Positions 19,168 to 28,368 of a stretch of DNA of 64,000 bases are shown here, piece by piece. The stretch spans positions 31,899 to 95,898 of the forward strand of contig JASKLF010000007.1 of NCBI GenBank assembly GCA_030153785.1, in the 5' to 3' direction. A program made the position numbers and the translations under genes. How positions within the stretch are numbered: position 1 is the first letter of the stretch; every line of letters starts with the position of its first letter. Origin of the DNA: a bacterium (GTDB lineage Bacteria > Synergistota > GBS-1). The notes beneath the pieces are model-generated. The model saw only the letters and a program-made list of their open reading frames with translations. It ran no database searches and was not told where the DNA came from.

Positions 19168-20185
19168 GGTAGTTATAACGGACTATGACTACCCGGACTT
19201 AAGCATAGAAACGCCCATCTTAGAAGAAATTGGAGCTCAGGTCGTAGGAGCTCAGTGTAAAACTGAAGAAGAGCTTATCGAGGTGGCCCACGACGCACAT
19301 GGCATACTCGTTGAATATGCGAAGGTCAGCGAAAAGGTTATATCCAACATGAAAAACTGCATCATAATAGCAAGATACGGCGTTGGAGTCGACATCGTGG
19401 ACGTGAAGGCAGCCACTGAAAATGGCATCATAGTTACAAACGTTCCAGAATATTGCGTCTCTGAAGTGGCAGACCATGCAGTAGCTATGTTTCTAACAAT
19501 GGCAAGACGAATAAGAGAGTACGACAGCGCAGTTAGAGAAGGAAGGTGGCACTGGGAGGCATGCGGATACAAAATTCACAGAATTGCTGGGATGACGGCA
19601 GGAATTATAGGATACGGAAAGATAGGAAAAGCCATAGCCCACAGATTAAAGCCCTTCGGACTTAATATTTTAGTTTACGACCCTTATGCTGAAAAGGGAA
19701 AGATAGAAAATGAAGGGTGTAAACCGGTTCCCTTTGAAGAGCTATTGAAGAACGCCGATGTAATATTTATACAAGCTCCTCTAACGGAGGAAACGAGAGG
19801 AATGTTCGATAGAGAAACCTTTTCTATGATGAAGGATGGTGCGTTTATCGTTAATACCGCACGAGGACCTATAATAAAAAATGATGCCCTATATGAAGCG
19901 TTAGCTTCAGGAAAGCTTGGAGGCGCAGCCTTAGATGACCTTGAGGAAGAACCTGCCAAGCAAAAAAATTGGAAACCCACTAATCCAATATTTAAATTCG
20001 GTAACATAGTAATTACCCCTCACTCCGCGTATTACTCCGAGGAGTCCTTAATCGAGGCAAGAACAACGGCAGCAACTGAGGTCGCAAGAGCGCTAAGCGG
20101 AGTTCTCCCCCAGAATATAGTAAACAAAGAAGTGCTAAAGAAGCCTAACCTTAGATTCAGGCAAAAGAAAGGTGACCTCCAATGA
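19148..20185 (+). CDS. D-isomer-specific 2-hydroxyacid dehydrogenase (CtBP-like)
   Basis: RYGVGVD, GYGKIG, NTARG, EEP, TPHSAYYS. Confidence 0.88.
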   Translation: MSGPRYKVVITDYDYPDLSIETPILEEIGAQVVGAQCKTEEELIEVAHDAHGILVEYAKVSEKVISNMKNCIIIARYGVGVDIVDVKAATENGIIVTNVPEYCVSEVADHAVAMFLTMARRIREYDSAVREGRWHWEACGYKIHRIAGMTAGIIGYGKIGKAIAHRLKPFGLNILVYDPYAEKGKIENEGCKPVPFEELLKNADVIFIQAPLTEETRGMFDRETFSMMKDGAFIVNTARGPIIKNDALYEALASGKLGGAALDDLEEEPAKQKNWKPTNPIFKFGNIVITPHSAYYSEESLIEARTTAATEVARALSGVLPQNIVNKEVLKKPNLRFRQKKGDLQ

Positions 20186-21192
20186 GGTTTGAAAAGATGT
20201 TATATGTTGTAGATTCTCATACAATGGGAGAACCAACACGAGTGGTAATAGGAGGAATCCCTTTTATCCCAGGAAATACAATGGCCGAGAAGAAAGAGCT
20301 TTTGGAAAGGAACATGGACCATATAAGGAAAAGCCTAATGCACGAACCCAGGGGACATAAAGATATGTTCGGCTCCATAATCACAAGCCCGGTAACCCCT
20401 GAAGGAGATCTCGGAGTAATATTTATGGATTGTAACGGATATCTAAATATGTGCGTTCATGGTTCAATCGGCACGGTAACAGTAGCCATTGAAACAGGCA
20501 TAATAAAAGCAAATGAACCGGTAACCTGTTTAAAAATAGATACCCCCGCAGGCCTCATAGAAGCCAGAGCTGAGGTTAAAAATAATACGGTGCAATCGGT
20601 AACGATAAGAAACGTTCCCTCGTTCCTATATAAGCCCGACGTGGAGATAGAAATAGCCCATATAGGCAAAGTGAAAGTCGATATCGCCTTTGGAGGAAGC
20701 TTCTTCGCAATAGTAGATGCAAAACAGTTAGGCGTCAAGATAACACCCCATAACGTTGAAAAGCTCATCAAGATAGGAATGGCCATTAAGGAAACCGTTA
20801 ACGAGCGTGTAAAAGCCCAGCATCCTGAAAGGGAACACATAAAAACCATAGACCTTGTAGAGATCTATGACGAAACCGATAATCCTAATGCCGATCTTAA
20901 GAACGTGGTCATATTCGGGAAAGGTCAAATAGATAGGTCTCCCTGCGGAACCGGTACAAGCGCTAAAATGGCTACACTCTATGCAAAGGGAAAGCTCAAA
21001 CTCCATCAACCCTTTTACTATGAAAGCATCATTGGCACAATCTTCAAAGGCGAATTGGTAGGGGAAACCAGGGTGGGACCTTACAATGCCGTTATACCGG
21101 AAATAACAGGAAAGGCTTTCATTACAGGGTTTAATCAAATAGTAATAAATCCAGAGGACCCCATGAAATATGGGTTTCTGCTTGATTATTAA
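20182..21192 (+). CDS. Proline racemase / hydroxyproline 2-epimerase (Cys/Cys type)
   Basis: HTMGEPTR, EPRGH, NMCVHG, DRSPCGTGT. Confidence 0.88.
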   Translation: MRFEKMLYVVDSHTMGEPTRVVIGGIPFIPGNTMAEKKELLERNMDHIRKSLMHEPRGHKDMFGSIITSPVTPEGDLGVIFMDCNGYLNMCVHGSIGTVTVAIETGIIKANEPVTCLKIDTPAGLIEARAEVKNNTVQSVTIRNVPSFLYKPDVEIEIAHIGKVKVDIAFGGSFFAIVDAKQLGVKITPHNVEKLIKIGMAIKETVNERVKAQHPEREHIKTIDLVEIYDETDNPNADLKNVVIFGKGQIDRSPCGTGTSAKMATLYAKGKLKLHQPFYYESIIGTIFKGELVGETRVGPYNAVIPEITGKAFITGFNQIVINPEDPMKYGFLLDY

Positions 21193-21216
21193 ACCATACA
21201 AGAGAGGGTGGTTTAA

Positions 21217-21912
21217 ATGTGCGAGGAAAAGAAAAGCCTTCCCAAGATTTTCCCCCACGCCGAGGTTGACTGGGAAGTGGTAAAAGGTTTCGAGAAGCTC
21301 CTTCCCACCTATAGCATAAGCTGTGTCGTAGCAGATGCGCAAGAAAGAAGCGGAGTAATGCACTCCCAGATAAAGCTCATAGATCGCTCTAAAAAATTTG
21401 TAGGACCCGCATTGACGGTAAAACTATATCCTGGAGACCTCGTAGACCCTCTTTACGCCCTTTCCGTAGCTCAAGCTGGAGATGTCATAGTAGTAGACGC
21501 TCGAGGCGAAACCGAAACATCGGTATGGGGAGGACTCATGGCAAACTTATGCATGCAAAAGGGAATTGTAGGCGCAGTCGTAGATGGCTCTATCAGAGAT
21601 ACCGATGAGATAAGGGATTTAGGCTTTCCCATCGCTTCTCGAGGAATCACTCCAAGATCAACCCATTCACCTTACTCCGGTAGGCTCGATAGCTTAGAAA
21701 TCAATGTGCCTATATCGTGCGGAGGCGTTATAGTTAACCCCGGTGACATAATCATAGCCGATGAAATAGGAGTAACCGTGGTGCCCAAGGAAAAGGCGAA
21801 AGAGGTTCTACTAAAGGCACAGAAACTTGCAGAGCAAGAGGAGCTAACCCGAAAAAGGATTAAGGAAGGCAAAAGCTTAGAGGATCTCCTTGAAGAGTTT
21901 GGGAGGCTTTAA
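21217..21912 (+). CDS. RraA-like / HMG aldolase family protein
   Basis: WGGLM...DGSIRDTDE fits G-X20-R-D-X2-E; PGDIIIADEIGV. Confidence 0.8.
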   Translation: MCEEKKSLPKIFPHAEVDWEVVKGFEKLLPTYSISCVVADAQERSGVMHSQIKLIDRSKKFVGPALTVKLYPGDLVDPLYALSVAQAGDVIVVDARGETETSVWGGLMANLCMQKGIVGAVVDGSIRDTDEIRDLGFPIASRGITPRSTHSPYSGRLDSLEINVPISCGGVIVNPGDIIIADEIGVTVVPKEKAKEVLLKAQKLAEQEELTRKRIKEGKSLEDLLEEFGRL

Positions 21913-21917
21913 ATCCA

Positions 21918-23216
21918 ATGATAATAAGCGTTCCATATGGACACGGTTTTATCAGCGCAGATGTCCCTATCAAGAACTTGATGGGGATATATGAAGCACC
22001 AGGGGTAAAGCCAGCAAAGGACCCGACTTCTGAAATAATAAATGCCCTTGAAAACCCTATTGGAAGCCCTCCCCTATCACACATAGTTAAACCAGATAGA
22101 AAGGTATGCATAGTCGTAAGCGATATAACCAGACCCATTCCTTACAAAGAGGTGCTTCCCGTTCTTCTTGAATATCTAAACAGGTGTGGGGTAAAAGACG
22201 AGGATATAACCATATTAATAGCAACAGGGTTACACCGAGGTTTAACACCTCAAGAACAAAGAGACCTTTACGGAGAAGAAATCGTTGAAAGAGTGAAAGT
22301 GGTGAACCATGACTACAAAGATAGCTCAAATCTCATTAGGATAGGAAAAACGAGCAGAGGAACACCTATAGAGGTTAACAGAATCGCAGTAGAAACAGAT
22401 ACCCTCATACTAACCGGATATATAGAACCACATCAACAGTTTGGCTTTACAGGTGGAAGAAAAAGCATTATGCCAGGTTTAGCAAGCGAAAGAGCCGTTA
22501 TGCATAACCACAACGCAAAGATGATGGACCACCCTTCCGCGGTAAACGGTGTGTTGGAAGGTAATCCCCAACATGAGGACGCCATGGAGTTTGCAAAAGC
22601 CATCAAAGTTGATTTTATATTGAACGTTGTCCTAAACCAAGACGAAAAGCTTGCCTGGGCTGTTGGAGGAGACTTAGAAAAGGCTTGGCTTAAAGGTGTT
22701 AAGCTTTCCCAAAGTTTCAGAGAAGTCGAGCTTCCCTACCCCTGTGATATAGCCATAACTGCAACTGGTCACCCCTTAGACAGGGTGCTTTATCAGGGAC
22801 CGAAGATAACCTCTGCAGTTTTCAGAACGAAGGACAGGATAATAAAAGATGGAGGAACCATAATTTTACCTATGGAATTAACAGAAGGCGTTGGACATCA
22901 TGTTGAGTTTTACGAACTAATGTCCATAGGGAAACCCGAAGCCGTCATTGAAAAATGTTACTCCTCTCCCATCAAAGATCAATGGGGAGCCCAGATATGG
23001 GTAAGAACTTTAGAAAAGACTAAAATAATAATAGTAACGCATAATATGGAACCTTCGTTAATTGAAAAGATGGGAATAGAGCACGCTTACAATCTACAAG
23101 AAGCCATAGATAGGGCAATCTCTCGCCACGGGCAAGACTGTAAGGTAGCCGTTTTTCCAAGAGCTACAACGGTGCTACCCAAATTAACGGAAAGTCAAAG
23201 GAGAAGGAAAACATGA
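21918..23216 (+). CDS. LarA-family nickel-pincer 2-hydroxyacid racemase/epimerase
   Basis: SDITRP, ATGLHR, PH..FGFTGGRKS, NH, LYQGPK, DQW. Confidence 0.88.
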   Translation: MIISVPYGHGFISADVPIKNLMGIYEAPGVKPAKDPTSEIINALENPIGSPPLSHIVKPDRKVCIVVSDITRPIPYKEVLPVLLEYLNRCGVKDEDITILIATGLHRGLTPQEQRDLYGEEIVERVKVVNHDYKDSSNLIRIGKTSRGTPIEVNRIAVETDTLILTGYIEPHQQFGFTGGRKSIMPGLASERAVMHNHNAKMMDHPSAVNGVLEGNPQHEDAMEFAKAIKVDFILNVVLNQDEKLAWAVGGDLEKAWLKGVKLSQSFREVELPYPCDIAITATGHPLDRVLYQGPKITSAVFRTKDRIIKDGGTIILPMELTEGVGHHVEFYELMSIGKPEAVIEKCYSSPIKDQWGAQIWVRTLEKTKIIIVTHNMEPSLIEKMGIEHAYNLQEAIDRAISRHGQDCKVAVFPRATTVLPKLTESQRRRKT

Positions 23217-24253
23217 AAAAGGGATTTCTAATCTGCATAGATGGAGGAACAACCAATACAAGGGTTAGATTAATAAGATTGAGTGACTTTTCAATAGTAG
23301 CCAAAACTGCTGAAAGCATAGGGGCAAAGGATACCAAGTTAAAAGGAAGAGAGGCCTTGGAGGAAGCCTTAAGCACAGCTATCCAAAGAATCTTTAGGGA
23401 AAACCAAATATCGAAAGAAGAGATAGCGGGAGTTACCGCTTCAGGAATGATAACATCGGAAGCCGGCCTTCTTGAAGTTCCTCATGTTATTGCGCCAGCA
23501 GGCATTGATGAAATAGCCTCAGGGGTGATTGAAGAGACTTTCGAAAAAATATGGCCTGACCCCATCTTATTCATTCCCGGTGTAAAGACGTTATCAAATA
23601 AAGAAACCCCATCACTTATTGAACGCATAAACTCACAAGATATAATGAGGGGCGAAGAATGTGAAAGCTTAGGAATTATAAAGCTTGAAAAGATAAGCGG
23701 ACCAGGGATCATCCTTCTCCCAGGCTCCCATACCAAGTTTGTATTCATAAACGAAGAAAACCGCATAGAAGGTTCCCTAACCACTTTGGCGGGAGAGCTT
23801 GCAAACGCAGTAATCTCATCAACACTAATAGGAAGATCCGTCGAGGATTTAGACCTCCCTCTAATTGAAGAAAAATACCTTTTAGAGGGCTTCAAAATGG
23901 CGCAAAAATACGGGCTAACAAGAAGCCTTTTTACAATAAGACTGCTTCATATAATGGGCGAAGGCACACCCTTACAGAGAAAGTGCTTTCTTTGGGGAGC
24001 TATTGTAGGCACGGACATAATGGCCTTTGAGGAAAGTGAAAATTTGAAGAAAATGGCTAAATCCGGCGAAATAGTGAATCTGTTTGTGGGAGGGAAAAGC
24101 CCATTAAAGGAGATATTCGGCACCCTGATCGATGTCTGGGCTCAAGAAAAATTCCCTAAGATCCGGGTAAAGATTCTCTCATCCGAAACTACCGAAAGAT
24201 CATCAGCCGTGGGGGCAAGCTTAGTGGCCTTAAAGAGGATAAAACTAAATTAA
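23213..24253 (+). CDS. 2-keto-3-deoxy-galactonokinase-like sugar-acid kinase
   Basis: IDGGTTNTR, SGMITS, DIMRGEE, LPGSHTK. Confidence 0.8.
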   Translation: MKKGFLICIDGGTTNTRVRLIRLSDFSIVAKTAESIGAKDTKLKGREALEEALSTAIQRIFRENQISKEEIAGVTASGMITSEAGLLEVPHVIAPAGIDEIASGVIEETFEKIWPDPILFIPGVKTLSNKETPSLIERINSQDIMRGEECESLGIIKLEKISGPGIILLPGSHTKFVFINEENRIEGSLTTLAGELANAVISSTLIGRSVEDLDLPLIEEKYLLEGFKMAQKYGLTRSLFTIRLLHIMGEGTPLQRKCFLWGAIVGTDIMAFEESENLKKMAKSGEIVNLFVGGKSPLKEIFGTLIDVWAQEKFPKIRVKILSSETTERSSAVGASLVALKRIKLN

Positions 24254-24910
24254 ACCTTCCTCAAACCTCTTAAAGAGAATCTTTAAAATGTTATTTATGT
24301 GCTCCTCTACCCTTCTTTCTGCAAGGGGAACATCCCTTTTCTTAATAGCTTCATAGATGCTTAAGTGTTCCTCATAAGACTCCTTAATCCTGCCGGGATA
24401 GGATATAGAAAGAATTCTAACTCTTGCAAGCTTTTCGCTCAGGGAATCCATTACACGCCGTAACTCTTCATTACCAGAACCCCTGACTATCATCTCATGA
24501 AACCATGAATTAAACTTACTCATCTCCTCTACGCTGGAGCTATTCAAGGCGATCCCCATCTCCCTCACCTTTTCCTCAAGAGAGCTTATATATTCTTCAT
24601 ACCCCCTTTCTATGAAAAGGCGAACGGCAAGTCTCTCCAAGTAAGCCCTTAAAGAGAGAAGGTCCTCTATCTCCTTTTTGCTCCACTTCTTCACCAAGAA
24701 GCCCCGATGAGGTTCGACGACCAAAAGTCCTTGAGCCGCTAAATAGTGCAGAGCTTCCCTTACAGGGGTAACACTAACCCCCAGCTCCTTAGCGAGGCTG
24801 TCAATAACTACCCTCTGTCCAGGCATATACCGACCAGTTACTATATATCCTTTTACCTTCTCTAAGACCTCATCCCTCAGCGACTTTCTTTCTATCACCA
24901 GTGAAACCAC
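24245..24910 (-). CDS. GntR (FadR/FCD) family transcriptional regulator
   Basis: LAKELGVSVTPVREAL HTH; FH..I...SGN and EH..I..AI FCD motifs. Confidence 0.92.
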   Translation of the reverse strand: MVSLVIERKSLRDEVLEKVKGYIVTGRYMPGQRVVIDSLAKELGVSVTPVREALHYLAAQGLLVVEPHRGFLVKKWSKKEIEDLLSLRAYLERLAVRLFIERGYEEYISSLEEKVREMGIALNSSSVEEMSKFNSWFHEMIVRGSGNEELRRVMDSLSEKLARVRILSISYPGRIKESYEEHLSIYEAIKKRDVPLAERRVEEHINNILKILFKRFEEGLI

Positions 24911-24932
24911 CGCCTCGCTTTTTAAAGGATAA

Positions 24933-26069
24933 TCATAAAGCCATCTGCTTACTAATTCGCTCCTTAACTTCCCTATAGCTTAGATTCATGGGACCGTTGT
25001 AGACCGCTACTGGTCTGAAAAGCCTGTTATTCTGACGGTACTCAATTACATGAGCGGTCCATCCCACTACCCTTGCCATCGCAAATATCGCCGTAAAGAA
25101 GTCCTTAGGGATACCAAAGTGATTGTACAAAATTCCTGAGAAAAAGTCTACATTCGGATAAAGTTTTTTATCCTTAAACCTTTCCAAAACGAGCTCCTCC
25201 AACTTTAACGCTACACTCAAATATTCTACTCCTTCAGACTTATCTATTTCGCAAAGCCATTCCTTGATAAGTCTCGCTCTCGGGTCGTAAGTTTTATAAA
25301 CCCTGTGTCCAAACCCCATTATCCTCTCCTTACTCGAAACCTTCGCATTGAAGTAACTCTCCACATTTTCTACGCTTCCTATCTCTTCCAGCATCTTTAA
25401 CACCCGCTCATTTGCCCCTCCGTGAAGGGGACCTTTTAACGTGGCTATGGCAGAAACCACGGCAGAATACATATCGCTTAAAGTTGAAGAAGTAACCATT
25501 GCTGCAAACGTGGAAGCATTTATCTCCTGCTCCGCATGAAGAATAAGAGCCCTTTCAAACAAGTGAGAGTATTTTGGAATTTCACCGAACATCATATAAA
25601 GAAAATTATCGGCATGGTTCAAATCCTCCTTCGGAGGTATCAAAGGCAAGCCAGACCTCATCCTATACCAATAAGCCAGTATCGTGGGTAACTTTGCCGT
25701 CAAAGCAACGGCACTTTTGTATGACACCGAATCATCATCCGTGTAGAAGCTCAAAAGAGAAACGACGCTCCTTAAAACATCCATAGGATGAACATCCTTT
25801 GGGAACTGCCTCATCAAATCAATTACCTCTTCCGGAATTCTCCTCTCTCTGACAAGCTGAGATGAAAGCCATAAAAGCTCGCTCTCGTTGGGTAAAGAAC
25901 CAAACCACAAAAGATAGGCCACCTCTTCGAACGATGAATTAATCGCCAAATCCTCTACAGCAAATCCCCTATAAGAAAGCCTTCCCCTTTCTCCATCAAG
26001 ATAGGATATGGAGCTTAAAGCAACAGCCACACCCTCAAGCCCTAACCTTAGCTCGCCATCTCCGCACAA
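24933..26069 (-). CDS. gltA: Citrate (Si)-synthase / methylcitrate synthase family
   Basis: LHAEQEINAST, GPLHGGANE, MGFGHRVY, PNVDF. Confidence 0.9.
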   Translation of the reverse strand: MCGDGELRLGLEGVAVALSSISYLDGERGRLSYRGFAVEDLAINSSFEEVAYLLWFGSLPNESELLWLSSQLVRERRIPEEVIDLMRQFPKDVHPMDVLRSVVSLLSFYTDDDSVSYKSAVALTAKLPTILAYWYRMRSGLPLIPPKEDLNHADNFLYMMFGEIPKYSHLFERALILHAEQEINASTFAAMVTSSTLSDMYSAVVSAIATLKGPLHGGANERVLKMLEEIGSVENVESYFNAKVSSKERIMGFGHRVYKTYDPRARLIKEWLCEIDKSEGVEYLSVALKLEELVLERFKDKKLYPNVDFFSGILYNHFGIPKDFFTAIFAMARVVGWTAHVIEYRQNNRLFRPVAVYNGPMNLSYREVKERISKQMAL

Positions 26070-26100
26070 TAGACATCCCTCCCTTCTTTAATTGCCTAAA

Positions 26101-26123
26101 TACATCATACAATATATGATGTA
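26101..26123. promoter_or_regulatory. Palindromic operator downstream of the gltA promoter
   Basis: TACATCATA-N5-TATGATGTA perfect 9-bp inverted repeat. Confidence 0.65.
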
Positions 26124-26137
26124 TTAATTTGTTCGAT

Positions 26138-26166
26138 ATTATACCGAAGACCGCTTACCTCGTCAA
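26138..26166 (-). promoter_or_regulatory. Promoter of gltA-gntR
   Basis: TTGACG-N17-TATAAT on the minus strand. Confidence 0.75.
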
Positions 26167-26315
26167 CCCTAAAACAAAAACTTCTCAACAAAATTGTCAA
26201 ATCTCTAAAAATGGCTATTGTCTCAACACTGATTACAACATTGCCTCGCTCCCATTAATAGCTACCCAACAGAACAAACAAAGAAGCTTTCCTCATAAAT
26301 TATACATACAGCCTA

Positions 26316-26360
26316 TTGCAAAAATGCGAATTTTAATGTATCATATACGATACAATACAT
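26316..26360 (+). promoter_or_regulatory. Promoter of acn-icd with an overlapping palindromic operator
   Basis: TTGCAA-N17-TATCAT; TGTATC-N6-GATACA overlaps the -10 box. Confidence 0.6.
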
Positions 26361-26409
26361 GAAACACGGGACATACCTATCTCCTTTCAAGGAGGGAGTG
26401 ATCGTCAAG

Positions 26410-28365
26410 ATGGGTAAAAGCTTGGTTCAAAAAATCTTGGAAACCCACCTTATATCTGGCAAACTTCAAAAGGGAGAAGAAATAGCCGTTAGAGTGGATC
26501 AAACGCTCCTTCAGGATGCTACAGGTACCATGGCCTGCCTTGAATTTGAAAGCATGGGCTTTAAAGAGGTTAAAACCTTTGCTTTGGCTTACATAGACCA
26601 CAACACCGTTCAAGTGGGCTTTGAAAACATGGACGACCATAAATACCTACAAAGCATTGCAGAGAAATTCGGCATCATCTTATCAAAACCAGGCAACGGA
26701 ATATGTCATCAAGTGCATCTGGAGAGATTCGCAAAGCCGGGGACACTACTGCTCGGCTCAGATAGTCACACTCCCACGGCCGGAGGAATAGGAGCCCTTG
26801 CCATTGGCTCGGGTGGGTTAGATGTAGCCGTGGCAATGGGAGGAGGTCCATTCTACCTTACCTATCCTAAGGTTATAAGGGTGGAGCTCAAAGGAGAATT
26901 ACCACCATGGGTTTCTGCAAAGGATGTGATACTAAAGGTATTATCTATACTTACAAGCAAAGGAAACGTGGGATGCATATTAGAATACGGAGGAGAAGGA
27001 GTTAAAAGCCTATCGGTCCCCGATAGAGCCACGATAGCCAATATGGGAGCTGAAACGGGGGTAACCACATCTATATTCCCCTCCGATGAGATAACATTAG
27101 AGTTCTTAAGGAAACAGGGAAGGGAAAAAGACTGGATACCCTTAGAGGCCGACGAAGATGCAGAATACGACCAAATAATAGAAATAGATCTTTCAAAGCT
27201 CGAACCGCTTATAGCGTGCCCGCATTCCCCAGATAATGTAAAGCCTGTCAGGGATATCGAGGGGATAAAGGTAGACCAAGTAGCAATAGGAAGCTGCACA
27301 AACTCTTCTTACAGAGACCTTATGACGGTTGCTCATATATTAAAGGGAAGAAGGGTTCATAAAGATGTCCAATTAGGGATAACACCGGGATCAAGACAGG
27401 TCTTGCTCACCATAGACAGAGATGGTGGTTTAGCGGATATATTGAGGGCAGGAGCAAGGCTTCTCGAACTAACATGCAACTTCTGCATAGGAAATTGCTT
27501 TGCTCCTAATTCAAAGGGGGTATCCGTGAGAACAAGTAATAGAAACTTTAAGGGAAGAAGTGGAACGCCTGACGCGCTCGTCTATCTTGCAAGCCCAGAA
27601 ACGGCCGCAGCAACAGCCTTAACAGGGAAAATAACCGATCCAAGAAGATTGGAGGACATGGGCATAGAATTTAAGAGGTTCTCCCTTCCCGAAAGCTTCG
27701 TCATAGATGATTCGGGATTTGTCTTTCCCCCGCCAAAAGAGGAAAGGGAAAAGATAGAGATATACAGGGGTCCAAACATTAAACCCGTGCCAATTAAGGA
27801 GGCTTTGAAAGAAAGTATAAAAGGAGTGATAACGATAAAGGTAGGAGACAAAATAACAACGGATCATATAACACCAGCAGGTGCCTATCTTAAGCTGAGA
27901 TCCAATGTTCCTGAATATGCAAAGCATGTCTTCGAGCCAGTTGACCCAACGTTTTACGAAAGAGCCTTGAAAAATAAAGAAATGGGGTTAGCAAACATTA
28001 TCTTAGCGGGAGAAAGCTATGGTCAAGGTTCGTCAAGAGAACACGCCGCTATATGCCCTATGTACTTAGGAGTTGAAGCGGTTATAGCCAAATCCATAGA
28101 GAGAATCCATTTTTCCAATTTAGTCAACTTCGGAATAGTCCCGTTAACCTTTGCAAACCCTGATGATTACAATGAGCTTAGTGAAGGAGACGAGGTTATA
28201 CTTCCCAACATAAAAAGAGACATAGAGGAAGGAAAAGAAGTAACAAAGCTTGTTAGAGTTAAAGACGGCAAAGAATTTACTCTAAAGGTCAACTTAAGTG
28301 AAAGACAAAGAAAGATGGTTCTTGCGGGAGGAGTTTTACCTCTGATATCCAAAGGAGGTGCATAA
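26410..28365 (+). CDS. Aconitate hydratase
   Basis: QDATGT, DHN, GICH, GSDSHT, GSCTN, CNFCIG, TSNRNF, TTDHI, GSSREHA; start ATG 26410 after GGAGGG. Confidence 0.92.
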   Translation: MGKSLVQKILETHLISGKLQKGEEIAVRVDQTLLQDATGTMACLEFESMGFKEVKTFALAYIDHNTVQVGFENMDDHKYLQSIAEKFGIILSKPGNGICHQVHLERFAKPGTLLLGSDSHTPTAGGIGALAIGSGGLDVAVAMGGGPFYLTYPKVIRVELKGELPPWVSAKDVILKVLSILTSKGNVGCILEYGGEGVKSLSVPDRATIANMGAETGVTTSIFPSDEITLEFLRKQGREKDWIPLEADEDAEYDQIIEIDLSKLEPLIACPHSPDNVKPVRDIEGIKVDQVAIGSCTNSSYRDLMTVAHILKGRRVHKDVQLGITPGSRQVLLTIDRDGGLADILRAGARLLELTCNFCIGNCFAPNSKGVSVRTSNRNFKGRSGTPDALVYLASPETAAATALTGKITDPRRLEDMGIEFKRFSLPESFVIDDSGFVFPPPKEEREKIEIYRGPNIKPVPIKEALKESIKGVITIKVGDKITTDHITPAGAYLKLRSNVPEYAKHVFEPVDPTFYERALKNKEMGLANIILAGESYGQGSSREHAAICPMYLGVEAVIAKSIERIHFSNLVNFGIVPLTFANPDDYNELSEGDEVILPNIKRDIEEGKEVTKLVRVKDGKEFTLKVNLSERQRKMVLAGGVLPLISKGGA

Positions 28366-28368
28366 AGC

